Source: Octopus vulgaris
Lineage: Eukaryota
NCBI GenBank assembly: GCA_951406725.2
Contig: OX597831.1
Span: 82,956,001-83,020,000, forward strand
Direction of reading: 5' to 3'
Length of the DNA: 64,000 nt
Shown: positions 37,309-51,445 of the stretch, piece after piece
How the letters are laid out: every line of letters starts with the position of its first letter
Position numbering within the stretch: the first letter of the stretch is position 1
Position numbers and translations under genes: made by a program
Notes under the pieces: model-generated
Told to the model about the DNA's origin: nothing
Database searches by the model: none
Seen by the model: the letters and a program-made list of their open reading frames with translations, nothing else

Positions 37309-39359
37309 GCATCGGTGAAGCATTCCTATCAAAACTTCTATCCATTTGCAAACATAACAGGCTTGATGATAGTTATTACAGAGAGAAGCGAAAAGCCATC
37401 CACACTCATAGTCGTTTGCTGTGTTGCAGATATGAATATCGCTTCCAAAATCAATGGAAATGTGATTCCAAAATCACATTTAGGAAGAACTGGTTCAAAA
37501 CCTGTTGCTTCTCTATTGTGAATATAAATTTACATTTATACAATAATTATTGGTGCACTTAGCTATGTTAGTAAATACCGAAGGGGCAATCTGGAGAAGC
37601 TGGACTTTTCAGATGAAGACACATAGTAGAAATACACTATTAGGACAATATCACACAGTTGAGACACTTAGCATACAGTTAAGATATACAATTAAAACAC
37701 CCATTTAAGATATACAATTAAGACTTACAGTTAAGATGTGCAATAAAAACTTTATTACAGTAAGCATAGGTTGGATGAGATCAACATGTAGAAGACAGGG
37801 TGATCTGTATTAGACATTGAATTGTAGAGATCAGTGATTAGACAAATGGAATATGTATTAATTACTGGTATATTATAGTAAATACATAAAAACTTATTGA
37901 TTTATTCAAAGAGAGAGATTTAGGAAAGTTGTTGCTGATTGAACACACACTCTGGGTTCTCACTCAATAAACCAGTCTTTCTTTTAGTCACTATTTCTAG
38001 CAGATTGATCAAATGCATGAGACATACGTAGTTGACTCATGACCTTGGAAAGTCATTTTGGTAAGTTCAATTCTTTGGTCTGGCTGAATGTGACCAAAGG
38101 AGGAGGAGGAGGAGGAGGAGACGAAAGTATAACAGAAACAAATTGTAGCCTGAAGTGACATCAGGATAGAAATTCATAAAATTATCTTTCAATTAATTAT
38201 AGTTAATTAACAGAAAATGACAAGAACAGAAAAATGAAATTTAAAACCAATATAAATTTAATAAGTTGAATTTAATGACAATAATGAGGGAATTAAGACA
38301 CTGCTTCATTAAAAGGTGCGTGTGTGTGCGTGCATGTGTGATTGTGTGCATGTGTGCATGTGTGAGTGGTGCTGTCAGGTTTCTAAGTTAACAATTAAAT
38401 TAAAGACAAGATTTTATTTCTTGCAAAAGATTTTTCAACAGAATATAGAAATCTTTATCAAGATTCACTTGAATATGTCCAGTTTCTAAAAGTAAGGCTG
38501 TGTGAGGTATTGGGGCCTAAAATAGTCAAAGAGTATTTAACGTTTTAGACACTTAATCATCATTAACGAAGAACAGATTTATTAGCTGTAGTTAGGTGAT
38601 GATTAACGGTGACCATTCACCCTGAAGCAAATGAAGGGAAGGAGGTTGACATAAAAAAACTAATGATTCCCTTTGTGTATTATGTGTGATAAACTTCTGA
38701 TCAAAGCCAAGGTACCAAGCAAATTTGAAGAGCATAAACTAAACATCACTATTCAAATAATTTCAAAAGTTTATCAAAAAAGCAATTGAAGCAGAGAAAT
38801 CATTTTCAAAAAGAAGAGGAACAATATGTGGGAAGCCAGGAATCTCTGCTCTCTGAGATAAAGAAATGAACTGAGTCTCTCCAAGTCAGTTATTGTGTGT
38901 CTATGTAGCAAAATGTCTAAAACATTAAGAAATGAAGCAGAACAAGAAATAAAAAGAAATTCACTTGTCAAATAATAAAGTTTATTGACAAACTATGGAC
39001 AATGTCAGCTGAAGAGAATTTATGGAATTCAGTTTTGGAATTGAGAATTTGTTTTAGAAGCTTCTGAGTCAGCTGACATTGAGAACAAAAGTATGATGAC
39101 TTTTATTTATTCCTTTTATTGAGGCAAATCAAATCATAAATAAGTTTCTGTTGTTGCAGAGAAATTGTTACACACAAAAACAGATCAACATGTCTTCCAT
39201 ATTTTATCTGCTCATCTTGATAAATGGAAAATTTCCTGAAAATAATAGAGCACACGGTGATGTCAGATGGCCAAGATAAGGGAATATATTGCATGCAGGA
39301 ACTCAGGAGTTGAGTTGCTTGCACTTTTTGAAAGAGGAAAACAGAAATATTTAACAAAG

Positions 39360-39715
39360 GCAGAGGTGGAATGGTTGTGCGGTAAGGAGATTACTTCCCA
39401 GCCACATGGGTTCTGGGTTCAGTCCCACTGCATAGCACCAAGGGCAAGTGCTTTCTACAACAGCATTAGGCCAACTAAAGTGTAAATGGATTTGGTAGAG
39501 GGAAACTGAAAGAAGCCTGTCAGATGTGTGTGTGTCATTGTGACTGTATTCGTCCCTCACCACTGCTTGACAACCAGTGTGGGTGTGTTTACATCTTAGC
39601 AGTTCAGCAAAAGAGACTAACAGAAAAAGGACTGCAGTTGATTCATTCAACTAAAACTTCTTTAAGGCAGTGCCCCAGTATGGCGGCAGTCTAATGAGTA
39701 AAAGAGAAAAGAAAG
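39360..39715 (+). mobile_element. Complete tRNA-derived SINE
   Basis: Head ggcagaggtggaatggttgtgcggtaagga...ctgggttcagtcccactgc, body ggatttggtagagggaaactgaaagaagcc, internal (TG)n, tail ggcagtgccccagtatggcggcagtctaatga. Confidence 0.8.
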
Positions 39716-40174
39716 ATATTTCACCATCTTTGTAGCATCAAAAGAGAAATAAAGATGAGAATATTCCTGCATCAACATCAAATGATTGCATTTCAGAAGA
39801 AATGAAGCAATCTAGGGAAATAGTTCCAAAGAAAGTAATTTTGAAATGTTTTCTTGAAAATGTATTTCTAATGCTGTTGAAAATTTGACAAGCGGGAAGA
39901 GACATTCGGTTTCCTTAAACAACGAGAATGAGGATTCTGTTTGATAATGGTTTCTAAAACTTTTATCCAGTCTTAGTTTGAACTTTCTCAAGAAGAATTC
40001 ATTTCTAGATCCAGCAATCACAGACTCCTTAAGGATGAATTTCTTTTGTTGAGACTCTTTGATTCTTCTATCAGAAAGACTTCATTGAAGATGAATTAGT
40101 CTCAAGGATATTCAAGCATTGGAAATGATGCAAAAAATGCGAGTTCATGTTTCTTGTAATTAGATTCGAATTGT

Positions 40175-40560
40175 TGGCTGTGTAGCTGTGTGATTAGAAG
40201 CTTGCTTCCCAACCATATGGTCCTGAGTTCAGTTCCACTACGTTTCACCTTGGACAAGTGTCTTGAACTGACCAAGCTTTGTGAGAGGATTCGGTAGATG
40301 GAAACTGAAAGAAGCCCATCATATCTATGTACATATGTATTTATGCATGTGTGTCTTTGTGTCTGTGTTTGTCTCCCACCACCATGTGACAACCGGTGTT
40401 GGTGTGTTTACATTCCTGTAACTTAACAGTTCAGTAAAACAGACACATAAAATAAATACCAGGCTTAAAAAAAAGTACTGGGGTGAATTCATTTGATTAA
40501 AACTTCTTCAAGGCAGTGCTCCAGTATGGCCACAGTCTAATGACTCAAAAAAGATAAAAA
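40175..40560 (+). mobile_element. Complete tRNA-derived SINE (family of 39360)
   Basis: Same head, body and tail organisation. Confidence 0.8.
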
Positions 40561-40638
40561 ATATAGTTTTAATTATTTAAACTATGAAAGAGATTTTTAA
40601 AAAAACCCTATTCTATTTGTTGCAATGGGAACAGCTGA

Positions 40639-40675
<37 letters not shown>

Positions 40676-42614
40676 CACAGCAGTTGGTGGTACTGATTCA
40701 CAGTTACGTAGACTGGGATAATGTGAAGTGAAGAACCTTGCTCAAGGATAAAACACATAGCCTTATCCAGGAAATGAACCAACTTTATGATTACAAGCCC
40801 AATACTTTACATTCTAGGCCATGTGCCTTCCCAATCATGTCTTAGATGTTCCTCTGGATTATGTGGTGGGGGAGGGTCGAGAGGTTTTCAATATCTGCTT
40901 ATGACTACACAGTGACTAAAACATTTAGCAAAAGCATGGTTCAAGCTTCCACATCAAACTTACTGGCAAGTGATGGCTAGAATTTCATTTGTTGTAATGT
41001 AAGTTTGACAGCCATTGCTGTAAGTCAACAGATGACTTGTTAATTATATAATGAAACTGCTGTTTATAGAAGGAATTTTGTGTAACACTTATTTACAGCT
41101 ACATAGACTGAGTCTGTGATAATTATGAACACATCACCAATGATAACGTAAGAACTAGTAACACGTCTAAAACCAGTATTTCTAACTTTCTACTGAGTCA
41201 GTTAACCACAACAGCCAACAATATGACAGTGTGAACCAAGAAGAAATGAAAATTCAGGCTTTCAACATATTCTAGCATCAAACAATGTTATAAAAAAATA
41301 ATAAAAACATGTTCTTCAAATAAATATTTGTTGATATTTTCTAAAGGAGGTTAGCAACACCAGATTTTGATAACAAATTAGCAACAGAATGTTCACTTGT
41401 AATGGATTTTAAGCAGTTTGTTGCTTCAACAACAAAACTAAAATGATTCCAAGATTTAAATCCAAATTGTTTTTGAAGTTATCTGGAAGCGGTCGATCGA
41501 ATTGATTTAGCCTTCAACGTTAACAAAGGCCTTCAATGCACCTTTCCATGTCACTGGATAAGTCCATTAAATCAGGAAACTAACAACTGATCAAGCGATG
41601 CTCAAGTAAAGAAAGAGTGAACAGACATGGATGGGAATGGTGGGGGGAGGGAACACAAAGAAAAAACAATAAATAGTAATCAGTGAAACAGAAGATAGAT
41701 TTCAACTGAAGCCATTTAGACTTTTCAACAATAACCTAATGTCTATCAATATGTGTTTGCATTTGGTTAGGCATAGAGCAATATGAATTCAATGGAGATG
41801 TCCACCACCACCACCACTTCAACAGCCCCCGTCTCCTCTACATTGTTAATGAAACTTATAGATAACCATATGAATGGAGAGAATTAAATCCAAAACAAAT
41901 ATTTTCTTATCATTGTATTGAATAAGGAGAAATCAATCAACAGAGAAAGTTCAATAATATTATCTGAAGATGTCTATTAAATTACATGTCTGCCTTTTGA
42001 AGCTGTGTAACAACGATTAGGAGCTTCACGGGACAGGGCACTGGAACAGAGTGAAGGGTTACAACTACACAGCATGAGTTTGGTGTTAGTCAAAGGATAT
42101 ATGTATTGTTATGGAGGTATGGGCGTACCCTGAGCATGTATATTCAAGTGTGTGTGATTGTGAGAGAAAGAGAAAATGGATAAAACTTTTAAAGTACTCC
42201 ACACAATTTTGTCCTGGGAGTCCTGAAGCAAAAACAGCAGCAACTGTTGTTTGGGGTTGAAAAACAGAAACTAAGAACTCATCTGTGTGAGAAACAAAGT
42301 TTAGCCACATTTTAGAAAGCACTGTCTGTTTAAACTTTGTTTATTTTTTATTGAATGAATTTCTTTGGATTTTTCTTCCTTCTATTTTCAGGAATCATGG
42401 CAGTTAATTCTTCAAGTAATGAGTAAGATTTCAGTGATATAATTTATTGATTATTAATCCTTTATTAACAATTTAATTAGAGAAAGAGAGATTGGATTTG
42501 AAAGAAATAATCAGAAAACTGTGGACCCTTCATAAACCTTTGAACTTAGATGCAAAGCCAGTTGTGTATTTTCTTCAACTTTTCCCCAAAGAAATTTTTT
42601 GGCAGAATGAAAAA

Positions 42615-44021
42615 CAAGATCACATTATCTCTAGGTCGTCCCACAAGATGCCTCAAGACTGTTTCCACACATTTTCCCCATTCATCTTGATCTTCCATAA
42701 TTTTCCTCAGTTCCTGTACCCCTTCCATACCAGTATCCTCCAGCAACTTGTTGGTATAGATGGTCTTCTTCCTTCCTCTCCTGGTTCTTCCTTCGATTGG
42801 TTGCCAAGAGCACCATCTTGTTAGCAATTTCATCGGTGTGTCTGATGCAGTGTCCAGCTAACCTCATCCTTCTATGCTGCATCTTCAATGTTACTTTTGG
42901 TAGTCCCTGGAATGAGTCGGCGTTTGGTGTATGACTCTTCCTGGAGACATTAAAAGTGCCATTCTAAACATCTTCATATAACAACCATCCAACTGCTTCT
43001 TCAATGCTTTAGTGAGTGTCCATGTTTCAGCCTCGTATAGAAGAACAGACTCCAGTGTTGCCAGAAACAACCTCACTTTCAATTTCTTGGCTAACTTTGA
43101 ACTCCATACCATTCTCAATTTATGGCATGCGCTCTTTGAATTTGCAAACAAACGACTAAATGACAATGTGAACACAGAACAATGGTCTGAGATAGACTTG
43201 CTACCGCTGCCCAAAACTGGAGACCTAAGTGATACTGGGAATCTAAGTGAGTCTGTCTTCTATTGTTGCAAAAATGGTGAACAAGATGATACTTAACCGA
43301 AGACAACCTAAGATAGACAAACAATTGCAACCAAATCAAAATGGACTCAGATCAGGATAGTCAACATCTCACATTGTCACACTTAGAAGACTGATAGAGG
43401 GAGTTAAGAGCCATAACAGAAAGGCTTTCATTATCTATGTAGACTTTAAAAAGGCTTTTGATTCAGTACATAGAGGAATGATGATGAAGATATTTAAAGC
43501 ATATGATATTCTACCAAGAATTCTGAGAGCAATAAGGAAGCTGTATGACAACACCAGAGAGAAAGTGATCACTCCTGATGGAGAGACAGAATACTTTGAA
43601 GTCAAAGCTGGAGTATTACAAGGTGACACACTGGCACCTTATCTCTTTGCTATCATTCTGGACTATGTAATATGTAGAACGTATGAAGGCAAGGAAGAAG
43701 AACTGGGATGCAAACTGCATAGACAAAGAGGTAGACAGCATCAAGCAGTAACAGTAACTGACCTTGACCATGCGATGACCAGGCATTACTAACAGAGAGG
43801 ACAGATCAGGCACAATAGGTGCTGAGTAGATTAGAGAAGGAATCAGGGAAGGTAGGATTGTACTGTAACACAAGGAAAACAGAGCTGCAAGCATTCATCC
43901 ACGAAATGCCTGTGTCAGTGAAAGTGAGAGACAGTAAGTCACTGAAGGGAGTTGAAAATTTCAAATACCTTGGTGCGTGGATACAAAGTACGGAAAAAGA
44001 CATCATAGCAAGATCACATTA
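42615..44021 (-). mobile_element. 5'-truncated, 5'-inverted RTE-group (Proto2/RTE-X-like) LINE with 13-bp TSD
   Basis: 3' part on minus strand 42628-43134 (SACHKLRMVWSS...ESVLLYEAETWTLTK...RMRLAGHCIRH). RT part inverted on plus strand 43132-44013 (VDFKKAFDSVHR, GVLQGDTLAPYLF, FKYLGAW). TSD caagatcacatta at 42615-42627 and 44009-44021. Confidence 0.9.
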
Positions 44022-45089
44022 ACAGAACAACAACACCGTCACTGCATCAATGGAATACATGAAAATATATCTCAGAATACTTTTATTCATGGAAGTTGTG
44101 CAGTGACCAAGTTAGAGAAAGTAAAGTATAAATTCAGCTCTGAGACAAGAAATCCGCTCCCAGAAATCAATAAACATTTAAAAACATCTACCTGTAATCA
44201 ACTTACCAGTATTAACCCTACCTGGCCAGGTGAAAATGATATGACAACAAGTAAAAACCACAATCACAATGTAGACCGACAATCATTATATATCATATCT
44301 AAATCCAAGCAATACTTTTATTTTTATTCAGGACTATGTGCATTTGCTCAAAATCTCTAGGATTGGGACGTTCATAGAGAGAAGGCACTCGAAGAGTTCA
44401 ACCTTATTAGCCACAAAGTGATAATGCAGTTGGTCAGTTGATTGTTCGGTCATTAGACTGTGGCCATACTGGGGCATCACCTTTGAGAATTTTAACCAAT
44501 CATTGACCTACTACTTATGTAAGTACACTACTTATATTACATGTAAAATGCATGTCATAAGTACAGGAAGGAGGATTATACTTGGTTTGTTAGAAGGATT
44601 AACTATTTTACTTAACTTTCAGCTTCGTTTAAAATTATACATCTCTTATTAACCAAAATACCTGGGCTGTTGATTCAACCAGTTTGCAGTTAGAAACATT
44701 TCCTCTAACCCTGGATTTTAAACATTAAATTGTCTAAATCTAACAAATAATACATGCAGGAGCAAGACATTTTGCTGGCCTTTTCATACACTGATTGATG
44801 TAAAAAAACACTTCCATTTTCAGGTCACCTAAATAACAGAAGCTATCAACTATTTGTAGCAAACTCTCCCAGCATTTCAAAGAGATTATTTCATAGGTGT
44901 TTGATTGCTAAATACACCTGTACATCTACCATATATGAAGCTATCTTTCTCTGTCAGTCTACCAGAGATATCACTACACCTCTTGTGTATCCACAGTTTA
45001 CAGTGAAATTCTTACCTACTCCTTTTATGCCTATCTTTTCTACTCACAAAACATTTTGTCTTTGCTAAGACTATTCTAAGAGAACTCAG

Positions 45090-45740
45090 TCCTCAGTGTA
45101 GAGCAAACAAGAAAGAGATAGCACTGAACCCTGATGGGCCCCTATCTGCATACTACAAACCTCACCAAGCTTATTGTTAGTTCTCACCTTTCTGTAGAAG
45201 ATGATTTCACTGTACATGACTTGCACAACTCACACAAGTCATTCAATAACAATTACATTTCGTTGGAACCACCAGAATACAGAGCATCATCAAAAGATTT
45301 ATCCAGGTTGAAGGTTAAGATTAGGAATGCTAAGTGGGGTGGTTTGCCCTTAGCTCAAAACTTTACCTGTATTTACCTTGCCGACTGTGTCACTGTTATT
45401 CCATCTTGGTATACAAACTTCAACTGTACCTCAACTGGTTCTATCCTTAATTAGTTGTCCTATAACCCCAATCTGATCCATCAGTCTGATGCTTCTACAG
45501 TTGTTTCTTTCTAGAACACCTTCACCTTTGGCAATAATACTTCTTCAGTTAGTTATTAGGTGCAACACTTTCTTGTCATACCTTAGTGAATGGGTGAGTG
45601 GTCATATTCTACACATCTCAGCCATTATCCGTAAAGGTCCCACTGCTTCCCATGCCTTTAGATCTTAATCATAATTTTGACTATATAGCCATGAACTTCA
45701 TTCACTGATCCCTTTCTGGGGCCTCCCTGGAATAGTCTTT
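45090..45740 (-). mobile_element. Old, highly degenerate RTE RT fragment
   Basis: Minus-strand KGEGVLERNNCRSIRLMDQ...IGQLIKDR resembles KGKGDALDTNNYRGIKLLDQ...IAQLIRER of the 9944-11167 ORF. Confidence 0.55.
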
Positions 45741-45747
45741 CTCGCTG

Positions 45748-45786
<39 letters not shown>

Positions 45787-46412
45787 CATGTAACAAATAA
45801 GTGTTAGTAACAAGAAAAGCAGTCAATCATAAAATCCTGTCTTAATTACTTTCCATCAAAGATGAGTGAGTATGAAAACAAAAAAACCCACCAAATGAAA
45901 CAAAACAAATATATGAACAGTGTACGTCTGCGTACGTGAGTGTGTGTGTGTATATATACACACACACACAAACTCAAAATACACAAGAATCTTGAACACC
46001 ATTCAGATTTTTCTTCTACCACCCACCACCACCAACACCACCACCATAAAAAATTCAATAATTAAAAGATAAAGAATTTAAATAATGAAATCAAATGAAT
46101 AATGCAGAAAATAACAATTCATATTTTATCACCCCCACCCCCACAAAAAAAAAACACATCTTGTGTTTGGCATCAACTTTGCCACATTCTACTCACATTT
46201 TTAATATAGAAAACAGATTTCGCATCATGAATGAACAACTGACTTGATTTTTATAAAGAAGCGGAGGGGGGGGGGCAGCATGGAAAGAAGAAATCATTTT
46301 TTCTATATAAAACCAACCAAAAACCGATGTTTACATTTTTAATTGAAATAGCCAATAGTGTTTAGATATGTGGCTTTGTGAAATACATTTAAAGCAAAAA
46401 CAAGAAAAATGA

Positions 46413-46448
<36 letters not shown>

Positions 46449-46860
46449 GAAATATCTGTTAAAAATGAACAAATAGAATGTGAAAATGAATTTGCAAGAT
46501 ACTACTACTACTACTACTACTACTACTACGACTAATAATAATAATAATAATAATAGTACTAATAAAACTGAGCTTGAACAGGGAGAAAATGAAAGAAACA
46601 TTGTAAAGAAAATAAATTAAAAGGAAATTCAACTCTAAAAGACTTTGCTTCCCAACTAATTATTTTTCAAATTAAATCTGCTGATGAGAAACCAATCAGT
46701 ACATACACACAGACATACACACACTCAGGTATGCATAAACGTATATATATATATATATAGACATAAATGATGTGTGTGTGCGTACATACACACATATATA
46801 TGAAGACAAATATAGATGTATTAGTGCGTGCATGTATATGAATATATGTATACATATATA

Positions 46861-46895
<35 letters not shown>

Positions 46896-47557
46896 TTTAT
46901 ATTTGAAATATCTGGAGGTGATAATGAATAAAGGTATTTAATCCCCCACAGGGGCAGACATACATACACACACACATACATATAATAGGGTATATAAGCC
47001 AGATTAGTACTCAATGACAGTGACAAATGGGGGTGAGGTTTGAGTGGAAGTTTTTTTTTTTTTTAATCATAAGTAGGTGCTTAACAAATAATGTGAATGG
47101 AGTCTACAAATGCCTGCAACACTTTCCCCCCTGCCAGTTTAATGAAGCAAAGGGGCCAGAGGAAGATATAAGCATTAAACAATGTACAAAGTGATTACAG
47201 AAGCATGGGGACAGGACTTTGAAGGGGTAATTGCCAATAAAATAGACAGAAGAACATCCAGTGAAAAGAAAGAGGTTTTGTTCAATGATTTCAGTAATCA
47301 GATTATTGGAGAGACTGGAGTTGAAAGGTGGCATGTTAACATGGTTTTGAAGGAGTTGAAAGGCAGAGAAATGAGAAGGGTTGAATAAAGAATGAAGAGA
47401 AAACTGTCAGGTAATTCAAGGAATAGACCGGGTAATATTGGTTGGAGGTGGGGGGTTAAACATGGCTAAGGTAAATAAAGATATCTTGTTAAGTTGTAAG
47501 GAAAGTTAGAGGAGAATGTGGGTCCTTCCAGAAGTAGCCTTACATACATACAGACAG

Positions 47558-47612
<55 letters not shown>

Positions 47613-47617
47613 TACAT

Positions 47618-47673
<56 letters not shown>

Positions 47674-47686
47674 ACATACATACATA

Positions 47687-49067
47687 AGGAATGCAAGACA
47701 GGCTGCCCTAGGGAGCTCCTCTGTGCTGATGACCTTGTTCTTATAGCTGAATCACTACCAGAACTAAAGAAGAAATTTCAGGTATGGAAGCAAGGTCTGG
47801 AATCGAATGGTCTTAAAGCTAACCGAGCAAAAACCAAAGTCTTAGTCAGTAGGAAAGCAGTCAAACCAGAAAACTATTCAGGTAGGTGGCGCTGCTCAAT
47901 CTGTAGAAAAGGAAGAGGTAATAGTTCCATAAGATGTATCCAGTATAAGCTATGGACATATAAGAGGTGCAGCAATATCAGAGGAAGGTTAGCAGGGAAA
48001 CTAGCTTTTGTGTGTGGAAGATGCACAGGTACAATAAACGCTGAAAACGTACAGAAAATAGACTCCATCAGGAGGGTAACTTAAAGGTAGGAGATAGCTT
48101 CCATTGTCTAGGTGACCAAGATAGTAGCGGAGGTGGATGCTCCAATAGCGTAGCTGTGAGAATAAGAATGGGATGGGCAAAGATCTGAGAAATCCTACCT
48201 TTGCTGGCAACAAAGAGCCTCAACCTCAGAGTGAAAGGCAGATTGTATGATGCCTGTGTGTGAACATCTATAGTACATGACAGTGAAATATGGGCTGTGA
48301 CAGTGGAAGACATGTATGGGCTTGAAAGAAATGAAGTCAGTATGCTTCACTGGATGTGCAATGTCAGTGTGCAGGTTTGGCAGAGTGTAAACATCTTGAG
48401 AGAAAAGTTAGGCATAAGAGGAATCAGATGTGGTGTGCAAGAGAGAGAACTGCACTGGTATGGTCGTATGATGCGTAAATATGAGGACAGCTGTGTAAAT
48501 AAGTGCTGATCTCTAACTGTGGAGGGAACCTGTTGTAGAAGTAGACCCAGAAAGACATGGGATGAGGTAATGAAGCATGATCTTCGAACTTTGGGTCTCA
48601 CAGAAGCAATGACTGGTGACCAAGACCTTTGCCATCAAAGCCGAGTGAAATTGTAGTTGTGATCAATGCTGGTGTCATGTAATTGACACCCGTGCTGGTG
48701 GCACCTAAAAAGCACCTTTCGAGCATTGGGCCTCGCGGAGGCAAAGTGCCTGATACCAGTGGCAGGTGAAGAGCTCCTTTTGAGTGTTGGGACTCATGGA
48801 GACAATGACAAGTGACCAAAACCTTTGGCATTATGCTGGACTCGAGAAGAAGACCCATCATGCCAAGTAAAATCATAGTCGTGGCAGAGACTGGTGACAT
48901 ACAAATGGCCCCCATGTCAAAAGCATGTAAGAGCACCCATTACAATCTCAGGGTGGTTGGCATTAGGAAGGGCATCCAGTTGTAGAAAACCATGCCAAAT
49001 CAGACTGGAACCTGGTGCAGCCTTCCAGTTTGCCAGCCCTGGTCAACAGACATTAAATGATGATGAT
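47687..49067 (+). mobile_element. 5'-truncated RTE LINE (PHD-in-RT family), decayed, with 3'UTR and (TGA)n tail
   Basis: ECKTGCPRELLCADDLVLIAESL...GRWRCSICRKG...FVCGRC and ELHWYGRMMR. 3'UTR has gctggtggcacctaaaaagcacc and ggttggcattaggaagggcatccag. 5' end abuts (CA/TACA)n. Confidence 0.9.
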
Positions 49068-49099
<32 letters not shown>

Positions 49100-49466
49100 C
49101 ATACATACATATATATATACATACATACATACATATATATATACATACATACATACATATATATATACATACATACATACTTATATATATACATACATAC
49201 ATACATATATATATACATACATACATACATACATATATATACATACATACATACATATATATATACATACATACATACATACATATATACATACATACAT
49301 ACATACATATATATATACATACATACATATATATATACATACATACATATATATATATATATACATACATATATATATATACATACATACATATATATAT
49401 ATACATACATACATATATATATATATATACATACATACATATATATATATACATACATACATATAT
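49068..49466. repeat. Compound (TA)n/(TACA)n microsatellite
   Basis: Direct reading; the same repeat type continues at 50918-51445 beyond the CR1 insertion. Confidence 0.95.
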
Positions 49467-50917
49467 ATACTTTGATACTTTGATACTTTGATACTTTGAT
49501 AGGTTTCGGCCATTATTGGCCCAGGCCATGTCTAACTTAATAGCACCACCTGGTGAAGTCTTTCAAGTCAGAATTTGGGCACTATGGCCCACTCAAGTAG
49601 AGAGTTATTGTTTACAGAGACATATCCGGGTGTAGGGGGTTTATCCGGGATTTCTTGAAGGAATCTGTCCAAAGACTTCTTGAACCCTATAGGGTCAGTT
49701 TCTGTTTTAATGTGTTTTGGTGTAATGTTAAAGAGAGCGGGGCCAATTGAGGTGAAATAATTGTGCCGTATTGTTGTTATGAGATGAGAGTGCGATTTTT
49801 GTTTTGGGCGGATGGCACGGGGCCCAAGCCTTGGATGTACCTTAAAGGTGATGCCAACATCATTTGGGCAATGCTGATGGAATATTTTCCACATCATGCA
49901 GATGATGTAGCGCTCACGACGACGTTGGAGAGAATAGAGTTTTAGCTTTTCTAGTCGACCCCAATAGTCGAGGCCTGTCATGCCATCTATCTTTTTTGTG
50001 ATTGCCCTTTGAGGTGCTTCGACTTTTTTTGATACCTTGTATTGTGTGGGGAGACCACAGTGGACAACAGTATTCAAGGTGGGGTCGGGCAAAAGTGGAG
50101 AAGAGAAGGATAATGGTGTGGATATCTCTCGACTGGAAAGTTCTGAGAATCCAGGAACACATTCTGCGGGCCATGTCAACTTTGGTGTTTATATGAGTGG
50201 CCCAGCTTACGTTGTTGTCCACAATTACTCCCAAGTCTCTGATGTTGTTGGACGCCGCGAGAGTTTCACCTGAAGGAAGGGAGTATGGGAGTTTCAGGGC
50301 ATCCTCTTTTCCAAAGTGGATTAGCTCAAATTTATCCTCGTTCAGCAGCATATTGTTTTTTTCTGCCCATTGGATAACAGCCAGTAGATCTGACTGAAGG
50401 CATGTCCGGTCACTCGCCTCATTTATGACCTTCTGTAGCTTGGAGTCATCTGCAAAGATTTTTATGTTGCTGTGCTTGATGATGTCATTAATGTCATTAA
50501 TGTAAATGATGAAAAGAAGTGGGCCCAGCACAGTGCCTTGCGGAACGCCACTACTGACTTTGGCTGGGCTTGATTTTACCCTTCAACTACAACATGTTGA
50601 GATCTGTCTGTCAGGAAACACTTAATCCATTTCAGTAACTTTCCAGAGACACCAATGTTGGATAGTTTTTTCAATAGGATCTTGTGATCGACCCTGTCGA
50701 AGGCCTTACTGAAATCAAGGTAGATGACATCGGTGTTGGAGCCCTCTCCCAAAGCTCTCAAAATGTCCTCAAAGTGATGCAGGAGCTGCGTTAGGCAGTC
50801 CCTTCCATTACGGAACCCATGTTGGTTGGAGATCAGCCGTCTGTTGCTTTCCAGAAATTGGGTTATTTGAGATCTCACCACCCTCTCAAATACCTTGATG
50901 ATATGAGAGGTGAGTGA
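49467..50917 (-). mobile_element. 5'-truncated CR1-clade LINE with octamer-repeat tail
   Basis: [80 protein letters not shown], with few frameshifts. 3' end ggccgaaacc(TATCAAAG)x4. Confidence 0.9.
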
Positions 50918-51029
50918 GTATGTATATACATACATACATATATATATATACATACATATATATATATACATACATACATATATATACATACATACATACA
51001 TATACATACATACATATACATACATACAT

Positions 51030-51068
<39 letters not shown>

Positions 51069-51220
51069 CATATATATATATATACATATATATATATACA
51101 TACATACATATATATATATATACATATATATATATACATACATACATATATATATATACATATATATACATATACATACATATATGTATATACATATATA
51201 TATATATACATATATATATA

Positions 51221-51296
<76 letters not shown>

Positions 51297-51371
51297 CATA
51301 TATATACATATATATACATATATATATATATATACACACATATATATATATGCACACATATATATATATAT

Positions 51372-51414
<43 letters not shown>

Positions 51415-51445
51415 TACATATATATGTATATATATATATATATAT
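50918..51445. repeat. Compound (TA)n/(TACA)n microsatellite
   Basis: Direct reading. Confidence 0.95.

Noticed and set aside
45846-45900. Minus-strand ...YSLIFDGK ending GGA AA|gtaatt, resembling the end of CASK exon 1 (…IGK, phase 2)
   Set aside because: No similarity to MADDDVLFEDVYELCEVI upstream, wrong Y-to-GK spacing, low-complexity context; probably chance.
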